Positions 54,363 through 63,292 of a DNA stretch of 64,000 bases are shown here, in pieces. The translations under genes were made by a program, and so were the position numbers. The DNA is from Clostridiales bacterium (GTDB lineage: Bacteria; Bacillota; Clostridia; Caldicoprobacterales; Xylanivirgaceae): the NCBI GenBank assembly GCA_012799205.1, contig JAAZLT010000178.1, positions 13,213 to 77,212 of the forward strand. Direction: 5' to 3'. Positions within the stretch are counted from its first letter, which is position 1, and the number at the start of each line of letters is the position of its first letter. The notes beneath the pieces were generated by a model that searched no databases, was not told the DNA's origin, and saw only the letters and a list, made by a program, of their open reading frames with translations.

Positions 54363-55793
54363 TTATATGAGCGATTTCTTCATGTTCTCTAGCTCATCCT
54401 TTGTCAGGGGATTCTCTGCTAATTTACCATTTTTATAATCTAAATATATCATTAATCTTTTTTGAAGCTGCCTATTTAGTGGATATTTCATAGCACCCCG
54501 GAATGTGAAAAAAAGTAGAACAAAGGGAAATAGTATCACAATCACTTTTAAAGCTGTTATAACTGCCTCAGGTTGATCTTGCATTATCACCTGTACTCCA
54601 TCTTCAATTGGCTCAATATATCCGGCAATATCGAGTATGTAGGATACTATAAATATCCCAACTGCAGAAGAAAACTTTCGCATGAATGTCATTATGCCAC
54701 TAAAAGATCCCGAGCTTCGCCTGCCAAAGGCCAGTTCACCTACATCTGTAATATCAGGATACATGGTCCAGGGCATCACTACACAACCTATAATGCCAAG
54801 TCCCATTATAACTGCATCTACATATATGACCCACGCAGGCCATGTAGGCTGAATTTGCGACATTAGCAATATACCTACTGCCCATATTGCAATTGAAACC
54901 ATCACTGTCTTTGCTTTACCTATTTTATTTGCTAGCTTTATTACTGCAAACACCATAATTACCTGAGTGATAAGCATAGCACCCAATACATAGTTGAGCT
55001 CACCAGGCCTTTTTAAATAATAGTTCATATAATAGGCAAATACGGTAGATACAATATCCATAGCCAAAAATGCGGATAGATAGATCATAATTAGGTTTCT
55101 AAAAGCTTTTACTTTAAAAGGCTTTAGAAAAAAACTTATATCAAACTTAGAATCCTCTTTTGTGCCCTCAACTCTCTCTTTTGTGAAAAAGAACATGAGT
55201 AAAAAAGGTATAGCAAAGAAGAATCCAAAGGATATAGCCATAGCTATATAACCTGCCCTCTCATCCGCAAAGAGCTTAACTATCTCCATAGGCACTACGG
55301 CACAAATTAAACTAGAGAGCTGAGAGAAAAATAGACGAGTACCATTTACAATATTTCTCTCTTCATAATCCTGGCTAATCTCACTACTCATGGCAGAGTA
55401 GGGTACCATAACCATAGTGGATACGCTGGAATATAGTAGATATGCAAATAACATATACAGAAATTTTATCATTTGGCTGTCATTTGATATTGGATACCAA
55501 AGTAAAAAGAATGCTGCTACTATCCCAAAAAATCCGATCAGAAAATAAGGCTTGCGTCTTCCCCATCGGGTGTTGGTATTATCCGTTATAAGGCCCATGA
55601 GAGGATCTGAGATGGCATCCCATACCTTGCTAAATAATATGACCACACCTGCCAAAGCTGGACGGATCTTAATTATATCTGTCAAAAATATCAGGTAGTA
55701 GAAACTGATTATAAGTTGGGCTCCACCTCCAAATAGATCCCCTGCGCCAAATATTAGGATTTCCCCTTTAGAAACTTTATCTTGTTTTTTCAT
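54363..55793 (-). CDS. GPH-family (glycoside-pentoside-hexuronide:cation) symporter
   Basis: 476 aa with 12 TM. Signature WDAISDPLMGLITDNTNTRWGRRKPYF. Confidence 0.85.
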   Translation of the reverse strand: MKKQDKVSKGEILIFGAGDLFGGGAQLIISFYYLIFLTDIIKIRPALAGVVILFSKVWDAISDPLMGLITDNTNTRWGRRKPYFLIGFFGIVAAFFLLWYPISNDSQMIKFLYMLFAYLLYSSVSTMVMVPYSAMSSEISQDYEERNIVNGTRLFFSQLSSLICAVVPMEIVKLFADERAGYIAMAISFGFFFAIPFLLMFFFTKERVEGTKEDSKFDISFFLKPFKVKAFRNLIMIYLSAFLAMDIVSTVFAYYMNYYLKRPGELNYVLGAMLITQVIMVFAVIKLANKIGKAKTVMVSIAIWAVGILLMSQIQPTWPAWVIYVDAVIMGLGIIGCVVMPWTMYPDITDVGELAFGRRSSGSFSGIMTFMRKFSSAVGIFIVSYILDIAGYIEPIEDGVQVIMQDQPEAVITALKVIVILFPFVLLFFTFRGAMKYPLNRQLQKRLMIYLDYKNGKLAENPLTKDELENMKKSLI

Positions 55794-55814
55794 AGTAAAT
55801 CCCCCTCCCTATTG

Positions 55815-56822
55815 CTATAATTTCACTTTCTCAACTTCTCCGGTTTTCGCAGATTCGTAGATAGAAAGAATACTAGAGAGTACTGAAATTGCCTCTCTTC
55901 CCGTAATATGATATTTTATATCGCCCTTTAAAACCCATCTAGTAAATGCCCTTAGACTTCTATCCAGGGCATGTAGGCCAAATACATTGAGTCTATGGCG
56001 AGACACCTTAGCACTTTTAAATTTCACCCTAGGAAAACTTGGCCCCCTATATATGGCAGTTCCCTTTGAGCCATATAGATTTATTGTAACAGATTGCTCC
56101 GGAAGAGCTGCCATAGAGCTTGTGACCTGTAACACTGTACCATTTTCAAGTTCTATAATTCCCATTGCTAAATCTTCCACTTCTACATCTCTAAACTTCA
56201 TATTTTTTATCATGCCTTGTGCTTTAACCGGCTTTGAATTGCATGCCCAAAGAAGTATATCAAGTGCATGGGAGCCCTGGGTCAAGAGCGTACCACCTCC
56301 TGATGATTCGATATTTTTATGCCAACTGCTATTTTTAAAATAGCTATCATCTCTATACCAAGGTATATTACATATGCCATAATATATTTCGCCTAGCTCT
56401 CCTTTTTGTGCTGCCATTGCTAATCTATAGCAGGCTTTATCATATCTGTATTGATAATTTATGCCGATCTTTACATCCTTAGATTCTGCAAAATCTACTA
56501 TATATATGGCTTCTTCTAAAGATATAGTAATTGGCTTTTCGCATAGTATATGTATATTTTTTTCTATGAGATCTTTCATTATTGGAAAATGTAGATTATG
56601 AGGCACTGCCAGGTACGCGGCATCTAGATCAAGCTCTGAAATCATCTTTATATAATCATCATACGCCCTAGCCCCTTTAAACCAAGAGGCATACCTATTG
56701 GCCCTTTCAAAGTCTATATCTGCGCAACCCACTACCTGGATATGTCTATTAAGCCTTGCAAATAGGAGCACATATTTTGAAATATCCCCACATCCTATAA
56801 CCCCAAGCCTTAATCTTTTCAT
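55815..56822 (-). CDS. Gfo/Idh/MocA family oxidoreductase
   Basis: Rossmann LRLGVIGCGDIS and EKP motif ILCEKPITIS. 335 aa. Confidence 0.85.
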   Translation of the reverse strand: MKRLRLGVIGCGDISKYVLLFARLNRHIQVVGCADIDFERANRYASWFKGARAYDDYIKMISELDLDAAYLAVPHNLHFPIMKDLIEKNIHILCEKPITISLEEAIYIVDFAESKDVKIGINYQYRYDKACYRLAMAAQKGELGEIYYGICNIPWYRDDSYFKNSSWHKNIESSGGGTLLTQGSHALDILLWACNSKPVKAQGMIKNMKFRDVEVEDLAMGIIELENGTVLQVTSSMAALPEQSVTINLYGSKGTAIYRGPSFPRVKFKSAKVSRHRLNVFGLHALDRSLRAFTRWVLKGDIKYHITGREAISVLSSILSIYESAKTGEVEKVKL

Positions 56823-56824
56823 GT

Positions 56825-57448
56825 TTACACCTCCCGAGTGCTAATCCAATTTAAGACTTTCTCTATTATAGACTTCACTTCATTTTGTTCAAATACAGCC
56901 TTTCGATGACCCAAAGATAAATATGCCACTTTCCCATTTCCATAGCATTTAATCCAGAGGATAGGCTCTTCAATACCGTTTTGCACACCTTCTAGTAATA
57001 TATCATTATCGCTATCATAATCATGTATATACAGCTCGTCCTTTATTGAAAATGATATAGATTTAAGACCAATATCAATCTTACTGGGAACATTTCTAAT
57101 AGCTATATCATCTATCGGTCCATGACCTGTAAATCTACCACCTAAAATTTTTTGGTATCTACTGCTAGTCTTAAATGATGCCATTGCAGAGTGAATTGCG
57201 AATACTCCGCCACCTTTAGATGCAAAAGCCTCTAGCCCGCTGAGTGCACTCTCCTTTATTCTCTTTTTATGAAAGTATAATATAACTGCACTGTAGGCCT
57301 TCTCCCTCAAGGCACTCAATACATTTATATTCTTTGTAAACTCAAAATGGAAGTCTTCATCCAAATCTGTTAATAATCTTTTAAATGCATATCGACATAT
57401 TAACGAAGGATGAAAAAAGCCATCGGAGATAACTAATATCCTATGCAT
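56825..57448 (-). CDS. ThuA-like (trehalose-utilisation / class-I glutamine amidotransferase-like) protein
   Basis: 207 aa. YSAVILYFH...GGGVFAIHSAMASF...ILGGRFTGHGP resembles the ThuA domain. Confidence 0.55.
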   Translation of the reverse strand: MHRILVISDGFFHPSLICRYAFKRLLTDLDEDFHFEFTKNINVLSALREKAYSAVILYFHKKRIKESALSGLEAFASKGGGVFAIHSAMASFKTSSRYQKILGGRFTGHGPIDDIAIRNVPSKIDIGLKSISFSIKDELYIHDYDSDNDILLEGVQNGIEEPILWIKCYGNGKVAYLSLGHRKAVFEQNEVKSIIEKVLNWISTREV

Positions 57449-57475
57449 AATAATCCCCCCAAAAAAATCCCTAGA

Positions 57476-58336
57476 CTATAATATTTTCTTCATAAACCGT
57501 ATATCATCATATTCAATGCCAAGCGCCTCAAAGCAATCAACTGGCACATATTGACCGATATTCCCAACTCCGGCTACAAATCCATGTAGATCGCTTCCCG
57601 GCACCAAATCTACGCCCTCGTCCAATATTACTCCAAGAGCTGCCCATAGTATTTGAAGTGCAGCGGGAAGGTTGGATGAACGCGTCCTATACTGAGTATT
57701 CCCATTTATCTCTATGGGAATATCCAATTTGCGTGATGCTTTAGCCACCCTTTTAATATCCAGCATGAAAAAGTCTCTTATCTCCTCATAGCTAAAATCT
57801 CCCCAATGATCTCTATATACTATCCTAGTCACCCAGGGTTCTATCTTTCTTTTTATTAGTCTATGATTTATAGCGGAGCGAAAAGGATGAGCCGTATAGA
57901 TTGGTTTGCCTGTAGCTTGCATAAAGTCTGAGATTTCATAGAGTCTACTTATAAAGCTATTTGTATTATCATCTATACTTCCCTCTGTATGTAGCGGTTC
58001 CGCTATAAAATAGTCAGACATATCTATGACCTGGGAAGGCATAGACTTAAGATCATCCCTTGGTCCAATCTCAGGTGCAAATAGTATTGTAATGTCTGGA
58101 AAAGAGCTCTTAAGTGCTTCCACATCTTCTCTATACTCAATTAACCCATCTAGACTATTTTTATACATACATCTTCTAGTAATTTCTCTTTGGGGGAAAT
58201 ATAGTCCATAGTGATCAGTTACCCCAAGGATTTTGCGTCCAGTCTTTTGAGCGTAGTCAAAATATTGTCCTAAAGTCACATCAGGCTGTCTCTCTTGCCC
58301 AGCATGAAAATGTAAATCTACATTATGGATAAACAT
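57476..58336 (-). CDS. Hypothetical metal-dependent hydrolase (PHP-like?)
   Basis: 286 aa. The N-terminal VDLHFHAG and ILGVTDHY are reminiscent of PHP/histidinol-phosphatase-type metal sites. Weak assignment. Confidence 0.35.
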   Translation of the reverse strand: MFIHNVDLHFHAGQERQPDVTLGQYFDYAQKTGRKILGVTDHYGLYFPQREITRRCMYKNSLDGLIEYREDVEALKSSFPDITILFAPEIGPRDDLKSMPSQVIDMSDYFIAEPLHTEGSIDDNTNSFISRLYEISDFMQATGKPIYTAHPFRSAINHRLIKRKIEPWVTRIVYRDHWGDFSYEEIRDFFMLDIKRVAKASRKLDIPIEINGNTQYRTRSSNLPAALQILWAALGVILDEGVDLVPGSDLHGFVAGVGNIGQYVPVDCFEALGIEYDDIRFMKKIL

Positions 58337-58419
58337 TTTTGTTACTTCCCTTCCCCATTTTTATTTATAAACAACAATCTTTACCTGTCAATATAGTGTT
58401 ATCTATATTGATATATTCT

Positions 58420-58746
58420 CTAATCTACAAACTTAACGGCAGTTCCATATACTATTACCTCTGCAGCGCCGCTCATAACAGTAGATGATGCATAGCGAAT
58501 ATTTACCACTGCATCTGCATTTAAACTCTCGGCTTCCTCCACCATTCTCTTTGTAGCAAGTGCCCTAGCATCGTTCATCATCTCATTATATTCCCTTAGC
58601 TCTCCTCCTACTAGGTGTTTAAATGCTTGAGAGATGTCCTTCCCTAGATGTTTAGTCTGAATTGTACTCCCCTTTACTATACTTATCATCTCCAACTCTT
58701 TACCTGTTATATAGTCAGTATTTACTAAGATCATCTTCTTCACCAC
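58420..58746 (-). CDS. YbjQ/UPF0145 family protein
   Basis: 108 aa. TGKELEMISIVKGSTIQTKHLGKDI...GGELREYNEMM..AR..A..RM.EEA..LNADAVVNIRY. Confidence 0.85.
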   Translation of the reverse strand: MVKKMILVNTDYITGKELEMISIVKGSTIQTKHLGKDISQAFKHLVGGELREYNEMMNDARALATKRMVEEAESLNADAVVNIRYASSTVMSGAAEVIVYGTAVKFVD

Positions 58747-58942
58747 CCCTTATCTCTTTTACTCTCTCTACAAGCACATATACACTAACCCCCATTAATA
58801 TCAAGGGAACTACACTCCCTACTATCTTAACCCAAAGAGGATCAATAATATTGACAGCAACTACTAAAAATCCTGTGAAGTATAAAACAAGTACAATTGT
58901 CACCACAACGGGCGCTAATATTCTTTTATCCATCATATTCAA
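58715..58942 (-). CDS. Small two-TM membrane protein
   Basis: 75 aa with two hydrophobic helices and an acidic tail. It overlaps the YbjQ start by 32 nt. Confidence 0.5.
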   Translation of the reverse strand: MNMMDKRILAPVVVTIVLVLYFTGFLVVAVNIIDPLWVKIVGSVVPLILMGVSVYVLVERVKEIRGGEEDDLSKY

Positions 58943-58957
58943 CTCCTTTTTTATCTA

Positions 58958-61135
58958 TCATCTGGAGCTAGGATTTTGATAGTCCTTAACATAATCTACA
59001 AAGCGTTTAGGATAGTCTACAGCAAACCATCTTATGCCGATGTCTAGTAGAGTGTATATATCTTCTCTACTAAATTCAAACGGCAATACTTCAAGATCTA
59101 TGCCATAGTCTTCGGCTATATCATAGCAATATCTAATAAAGTCTAAATCCAAATCGTATCTCCAACCCTCATGCGGCGTGCTTTTATCATTTAGGTGAAG
59201 CTGTACCTGCGTCAGACCTTTGAAATTTGATGCCCTAGCCCTTTCAAACTTCTCTTTTATAGCATCCGCCTTGCCACCTATCCAGAGCATAGTGCCTATG
59301 CCATCTAACATACTCTTTACTTTTATGCAATTGTCATGGCTATTGTGCGCAAATATGATTCTATTTCCGATATCGTATTCTTCTATTAAATTCACCAATT
59401 CTTCCAAAACTACATCTTTAAAGTCTAAATATAAGAGTCTGTCGTCTGACTGTTTCATAGCTTTAAACACATCTCTAAGAGCAGGAATTCCCTCGCCCTT
59501 ATATTGCTTGCCATATTTACTGCCTACATCTATTTGCCTTAAATCCTCAAAATTAAGCAGCGATGCATCTACATCTTTATAGCTATCTGGCACCTCATAT
59601 CCTGTTCTCATAAGAGCACTGTCATGAAGACATATTATGACCCTATCCTTAGTAGTTCGGATATCTGCCTCTGGGATCCCTCCCAGATTCCAAGCATATT
59701 CAAAGGCCGCCATTGTGTTTTCTGGAACCTCTGTAGTGGAACTTTGATGTGCCTGCCAAGAGACTTTGCCGCCTCTTGTAAGATCTATAGCTAAATCTTC
59801 CAATAGCCCTAGATCCCATAATAGCTGAAGGATTGTATACCTTTGTCTTACCTCTTTTGCATATAATATGGTATCTAATATTAGATTCCTATCAAATCCT
59901 ACATCTATTGGTCTTGTGGCTACATTCCTACCAACTGTCTTATAAAGCTTCTCTATTTGCCTTGACTCTGGCCCTTTCTTTAAAGTCCTTAATATTTCAT
60001 TCCAGTTATCTCTTATAGAAATTACCCTTTTTTTACGCTCGCTTATCATTTCATGCAAGGGCTTTTTATTTAGTTTAATGGTCTCTTGCGCAGCATCCTT
60101 ATATACCCTGCCAATTTCATCTTCCCATCTATCAATATCAATAGATGCTACACTATCTAGTATATTATCAAAATCTACATCCATATCTATCAGCTTTTTT
60201 GCAAGGCCAGTGGTGATGAGTGTAGCTATGCCTACCTGTATGCCATGTGCTACAGGTGTCCTTTGTTCCATGAGAGATATGAGCTCCCAAAAATGGGACA
60301 TATGATGCTCTGAACCAGATGCAGGTCTTGAGTTTCCTATAAAGCTCATGGCAATCCCGGCCAAGACAAGTCCTTCCATGAGATGGCCTATGGCAGCTTC
60401 ATCTCTCCTTGCATAGCCCTCTATATTTTCGATGCATTTTTCTAAAGACGAGCGAACCATATATTCTACAATACTACAGTGATATTCTCCAGTCACTATA
60501 TTAGAGAGCTTCCAATCCCTCAGAGAAGAATATTTACCTAACATGTCTCCAAGGCCCGCCACAATCATGTCCATAGGCGCCCGTCTTAGCACGTCTATAT
60601 CGCCTATAATTATATTAGGCGGCATTGAATTTAATGATATCTTTGTACTTTTTAGTATAAATGCAGATCCAACAGATGCATATCCATCCATAGAGGGCGC
60701 TGTAGCTACCATTATAGATGGAATATCCAGCATATGACTTATATATTTTGATATATCACTCAATACCCCTGAGCCGACAACTATTAATACGTCCACATCC
60801 TTATGATAGTAAGCCATAAATTCCCCAAGGGCCCTCTCATCAGGAACTAGATGGCCCTTCCTCTCATATATAAGGGACCTAGTATTATACTTGTTATCTC
60901 TAAGTATGCCCTCTACCTTTTTTCCAGCCGCTAAATATGTATTATTATCTGAAACTACAAATGCCTTCTTATATCCATTTTCCTTCATAATCTGAGGTAG
61001 CCTATTAATCGCTCCGCTTTCTATTATTACATCCTCTATACCTACACCATGTTTTCTGCCACACTTACAATCAAATTTCTTACCCAAATAATCTTTAATT
61101 TCAAATACATCAACATCTTCTCTAGTTAGCTGCAT
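58958..61135 (-). CDS. Fusion protein: sn-glycerol-1-phosphate dehydrogenase-like (AraM/EgsA, Fe-ADH superfamily) N-domain + glycerophosphodiester phosphodiesterase (GDPD) C-domain
   Basis: N-part: VGSGVLSDISKY, APSMDGYASVGS, GSEHHMSHFWE. C-part (aa ~470-725): AHQSSTTEVPENTMAAFEYAWNLGG.PEADIRTTKDRVIICLHDSAL. Confidence 0.65.
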   Translation of the reverse strand: MQLTREDVDVFEIKDYLGKKFDCKCGRKHGVGIEDVIIESGAINRLPQIMKENGYKKAFVVSDNNTYLAAGKKVEGILRDNKYNTRSLIYERKGHLVPDERALGEFMAYYHKDVDVLIVVGSGVLSDISKYISHMLDIPSIMVATAPSMDGYASVGSAFILKSTKISLNSMPPNIIIGDIDVLRRAPMDMIVAGLGDMLGKYSSLRDWKLSNIVTGEYHCSIVEYMVRSSLEKCIENIEGYARRDEAAIGHLMEGLVLAGIAMSFIGNSRPASGSEHHMSHFWELISLMEQRTPVAHGIQVGIATLITTGLAKKLIDMDVDFDNILDSVASIDIDRWEDEIGRVYKDAAQETIKLNKKPLHEMISERKKRVISIRDNWNEILRTLKKGPESRQIEKLYKTVGRNVATRPIDVGFDRNLILDTILYAKEVRQRYTILQLLWDLGLLEDLAIDLTRGGKVSWQAHQSSTTEVPENTMAAFEYAWNLGGIPEADIRTTKDRVIICLHDSALMRTGYEVPDSYKDVDASLLNFEDLRQIDVGSKYGKQYKGEGIPALRDVFKAMKQSDDRLLYLDFKDVVLEELVNLIEEYDIGNRIIFAHNSHDNCIKVKSMLDGIGTMLWIGGKADAIKEKFERARASNFKGLTQVQLHLNDKSTPHEGWRYDLDLDFIRYCYDIAEDYGIDLEVLPFEFSREDIYTLLDIGIRWFAVDYPKRFVDYVKDYQNPSSR

Positions 61136-61339
61136 ATTGGCCTCCTCATATGGCTTATATCCAATTTTATACTAGCCTAATTATAATATGGAAAACTTTT
61201 AAAGTAAAGAAAATCTAGGGTATTTGTATGTTCCAATCTCTTGTGATTTTCTAAGTAACATGCTATACTATGGGTACACAGCCCTATGCGAATCTAGCAT
61301 TTGTGTAGGAGTATTGTCCCAATATAATCAATCTAATAT

Positions 61340-61435
61340 TGTTGAGCTTGATAAAGGCACACTTATCGAAAGGTAAGGTCGCAAAGCCATGGGTCTAAGG
61401 ATTCTTCTATGACTGCCAGGCCGCCGAGGTCGTCT
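61340..61435 (+). promoter_or_regulatory. c-di-GMP-I (GEMM-I) riboswitch aptamer
   Basis: GGCACACUUAUCGAAAGGUAAGGUCGCAAAGCCAUGGGUCUAAGG... closely parallels the Vc2 core GGCAAACCAUUCGAAAGAGUGGGACGCAAAGCCUCCGGCCUAAACC. It lies in the 5' leader of an HD-GYP gene. Confidence 0.75.
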
Positions 61436-61443
61436 TTTATTCT

Positions 61444-61477
61444 GGCAAGGCGCCTATGGGCTGCCCTTGCCTTTTTT
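61444..61477 (+). terminator. Expression-platform terminator of the riboswitch
   Basis: GGCAAGG-CGCCTATGGGCTGC-CCTTGCC followed by TTTTTT, ~20 nt before the RBS GGGAGG. Confidence 0.7.
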
Positions 61478-61497
61478 ATTAACGGGAGGTAATATTT

Positions 61498-63228
61498 ATG
61501 TATGAGTTTATTGATATAGAGGGATTTGAGAGAAACCTACATAGTGAACTAAAATGTTCGGCGGCTACTCTATGTGAATATTTAGGTTTTGATAATTGGA
61601 AAATGATAAGATTTAACAAAGATGGTCTATATGGTACAGTACAATATTCATCTAATAATAATGAAGTATCCGATAAACAGTATAGACTATACCTGAGTAG
61701 ATCAGGTCAAACTTCATACCTAGATGCAATTTATAATGAAAAAAAGGCTATACTTCATAGGTTTGGAGATGGTGCTAAATTCAAATATAAACCCCTGTGT
61801 GAAAATGCCAAAGTTGAATTATACTTTCCTATATTTTCTGTACGCTCTGCAGACAATAGGGTCATAGGATGTCTGTATCTGTCAAAAGCTCTTGATCTTA
61901 AAGATAACATCTACACCCTCTTAACGGATACAAATATAATAAAAACACTTAGAGACATCCAGCTTATATTCGAAGCAATATACATGGAACATGTGGAGGA
62001 TTCTAATCTTTTCAATCTAATACATTTATTCTCCGGTATCATACAGGCTAGAGAGCCCTTTATGAAGAGCCATCCCTATAATGTTGCCCTTTTATGTAGT
62101 CTTATGGGACTAGAACTTAAATTTTCAAGTGAAAGGCTGCATAGGTTGTACATAGCTGCGGTGCTCCACGATATAGGCAAGGTCTATATTCCAGAGGCGA
62201 TAGCTAGTAAAAAGGGAGATTATACTGAACATGAAAGGGATATTATGAAAAGGCATCCTATCTATAGCTATAATATTGTAAAAGATTTATTCTACAGAAC
62301 TAAGCGACTATATGGTATAGGTGAGATTGTACTCAGGCATCATGAAAATTATAATGGAACTGGATATCCAGATGGTTTAAAAGGTGATGATATTCCCCTA
62401 GAAAGTAGAATAATTGCAATTTGTGACGCTGTGGATGCCATGTTATCAGGGAGAAGTTATAAGGGGGCAAAGCCCATAAATGCTATAATCCGCGAACTTG
62501 TATCTAATAAAGGTAGGCAATTTGACCCTCAGCTTGTAGATATAATGGTAAATATATTAATGACCAAACAAAAGAATCAACAGGTCATATTACAAAGCCC
62601 TGCTATATTAGGCACACTAGAGATATGCACAAAAGAAAATGTATGCCAGGCGCAAGGTACTTTGATTAGGTCTAATCTAGGTTATAGATTTAAGATAGAT
62701 TCTGGCGAATGTCTATGTGTAAGATGCAACTGCCCTGTGGATAAGATTATAAAGGCTACATTCCATACAGTGGATAATGGCAAAATTCATGAATATGATG
62801 CCCAAGTAATATATAGAGGTGATGGGGAGATGTATATAGATAAACTAACTCCCAACTCATCTACAGATTACTTTAGTCTCCTTTGGGAATTAGAGGGCAA
62901 TATCATTATAAAAAATACCCTACCAACTAGAGTCACTATAAATAGAATTGGCGGCGACTTTTTAAGTTTCTATATAAAAGCGGATCAACTAGAGAACATG
63001 AATACTATTAAAAATGCTAATATAATCACCATCCGCTTTGATGATGGCAATACGGTAATCATTCCGGGAATAGTAATCAGCGCAGTGGAAGTGGGGCTCA
63101 ACACATATTGTAATTTTAAATATATTAATATATTAGAGGGCACTAGAGATGAAATATTTAGACAGATCTTTAAAAAACAGGTTGAGTTCCGCAAAAGTCT
63201 GTTTGAACTAGTAGATAGTAAAAGATAA
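61498..63228 (+). CDS. HD-GYP domain c-di-GMP phosphodiesterase with N- and C-terminal extensions
   Basis: 576 aa. HDIGKVYIP, HHENYNGTGYPDGLKGDDIPLESRIIAICDAVDAM. There is ~170 aa of unknown N-domain and ~210 aa of unknown C-region. Confidence 0.85.
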   Translation: MYEFIDIEGFERNLHSELKCSAATLCEYLGFDNWKMIRFNKDGLYGTVQYSSNNNEVSDKQYRLYLSRSGQTSYLDAIYNEKKAILHRFGDGAKFKYKPLCENAKVELYFPIFSVRSADNRVIGCLYLSKALDLKDNIYTLLTDTNIIKTLRDIQLIFEAIYMEHVEDSNLFNLIHLFSGIIQAREPFMKSHPYNVALLCSLMGLELKFSSERLHRLYIAAVLHDIGKVYIPEAIASKKGDYTEHERDIMKRHPIYSYNIVKDLFYRTKRLYGIGEIVLRHHENYNGTGYPDGLKGDDIPLESRIIAICDAVDAMLSGRSYKGAKPINAIIRELVSNKGRQFDPQLVDIMVNILMTKQKNQQVILQSPAILGTLEICTKENVCQAQGTLIRSNLGYRFKIDSGECLCVRCNCPVDKIIKATFHTVDNGKIHEYDAQVIYRGDGEMYIDKLTPNSSTDYFSLLWELEGNIIIKNTLPTRVTINRIGGDFLSFYIKADQLENMNTIKNANIITIRFDDGNTVIIPGIVISAVEVGLNTYCNFKYINILEGTRDEIFRQIFKKQVEFRKSLFELVDSKR

Positions 63229-63264
63229 GAGATGATCTATAAATACATCAGCTCTTATCTTTTA
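63225..63264 (+). terminator. Probable terminator between convergent genes
   Basis: ATAAGAGATGAT-N9-ATCAGCTCTTAT (imperfect) followed by CTTTTATATTATTTATT. Confidence 0.45.
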
Positions 63265-63292
63265 TATTATTTATTCGGTTTAATATTTTAAA

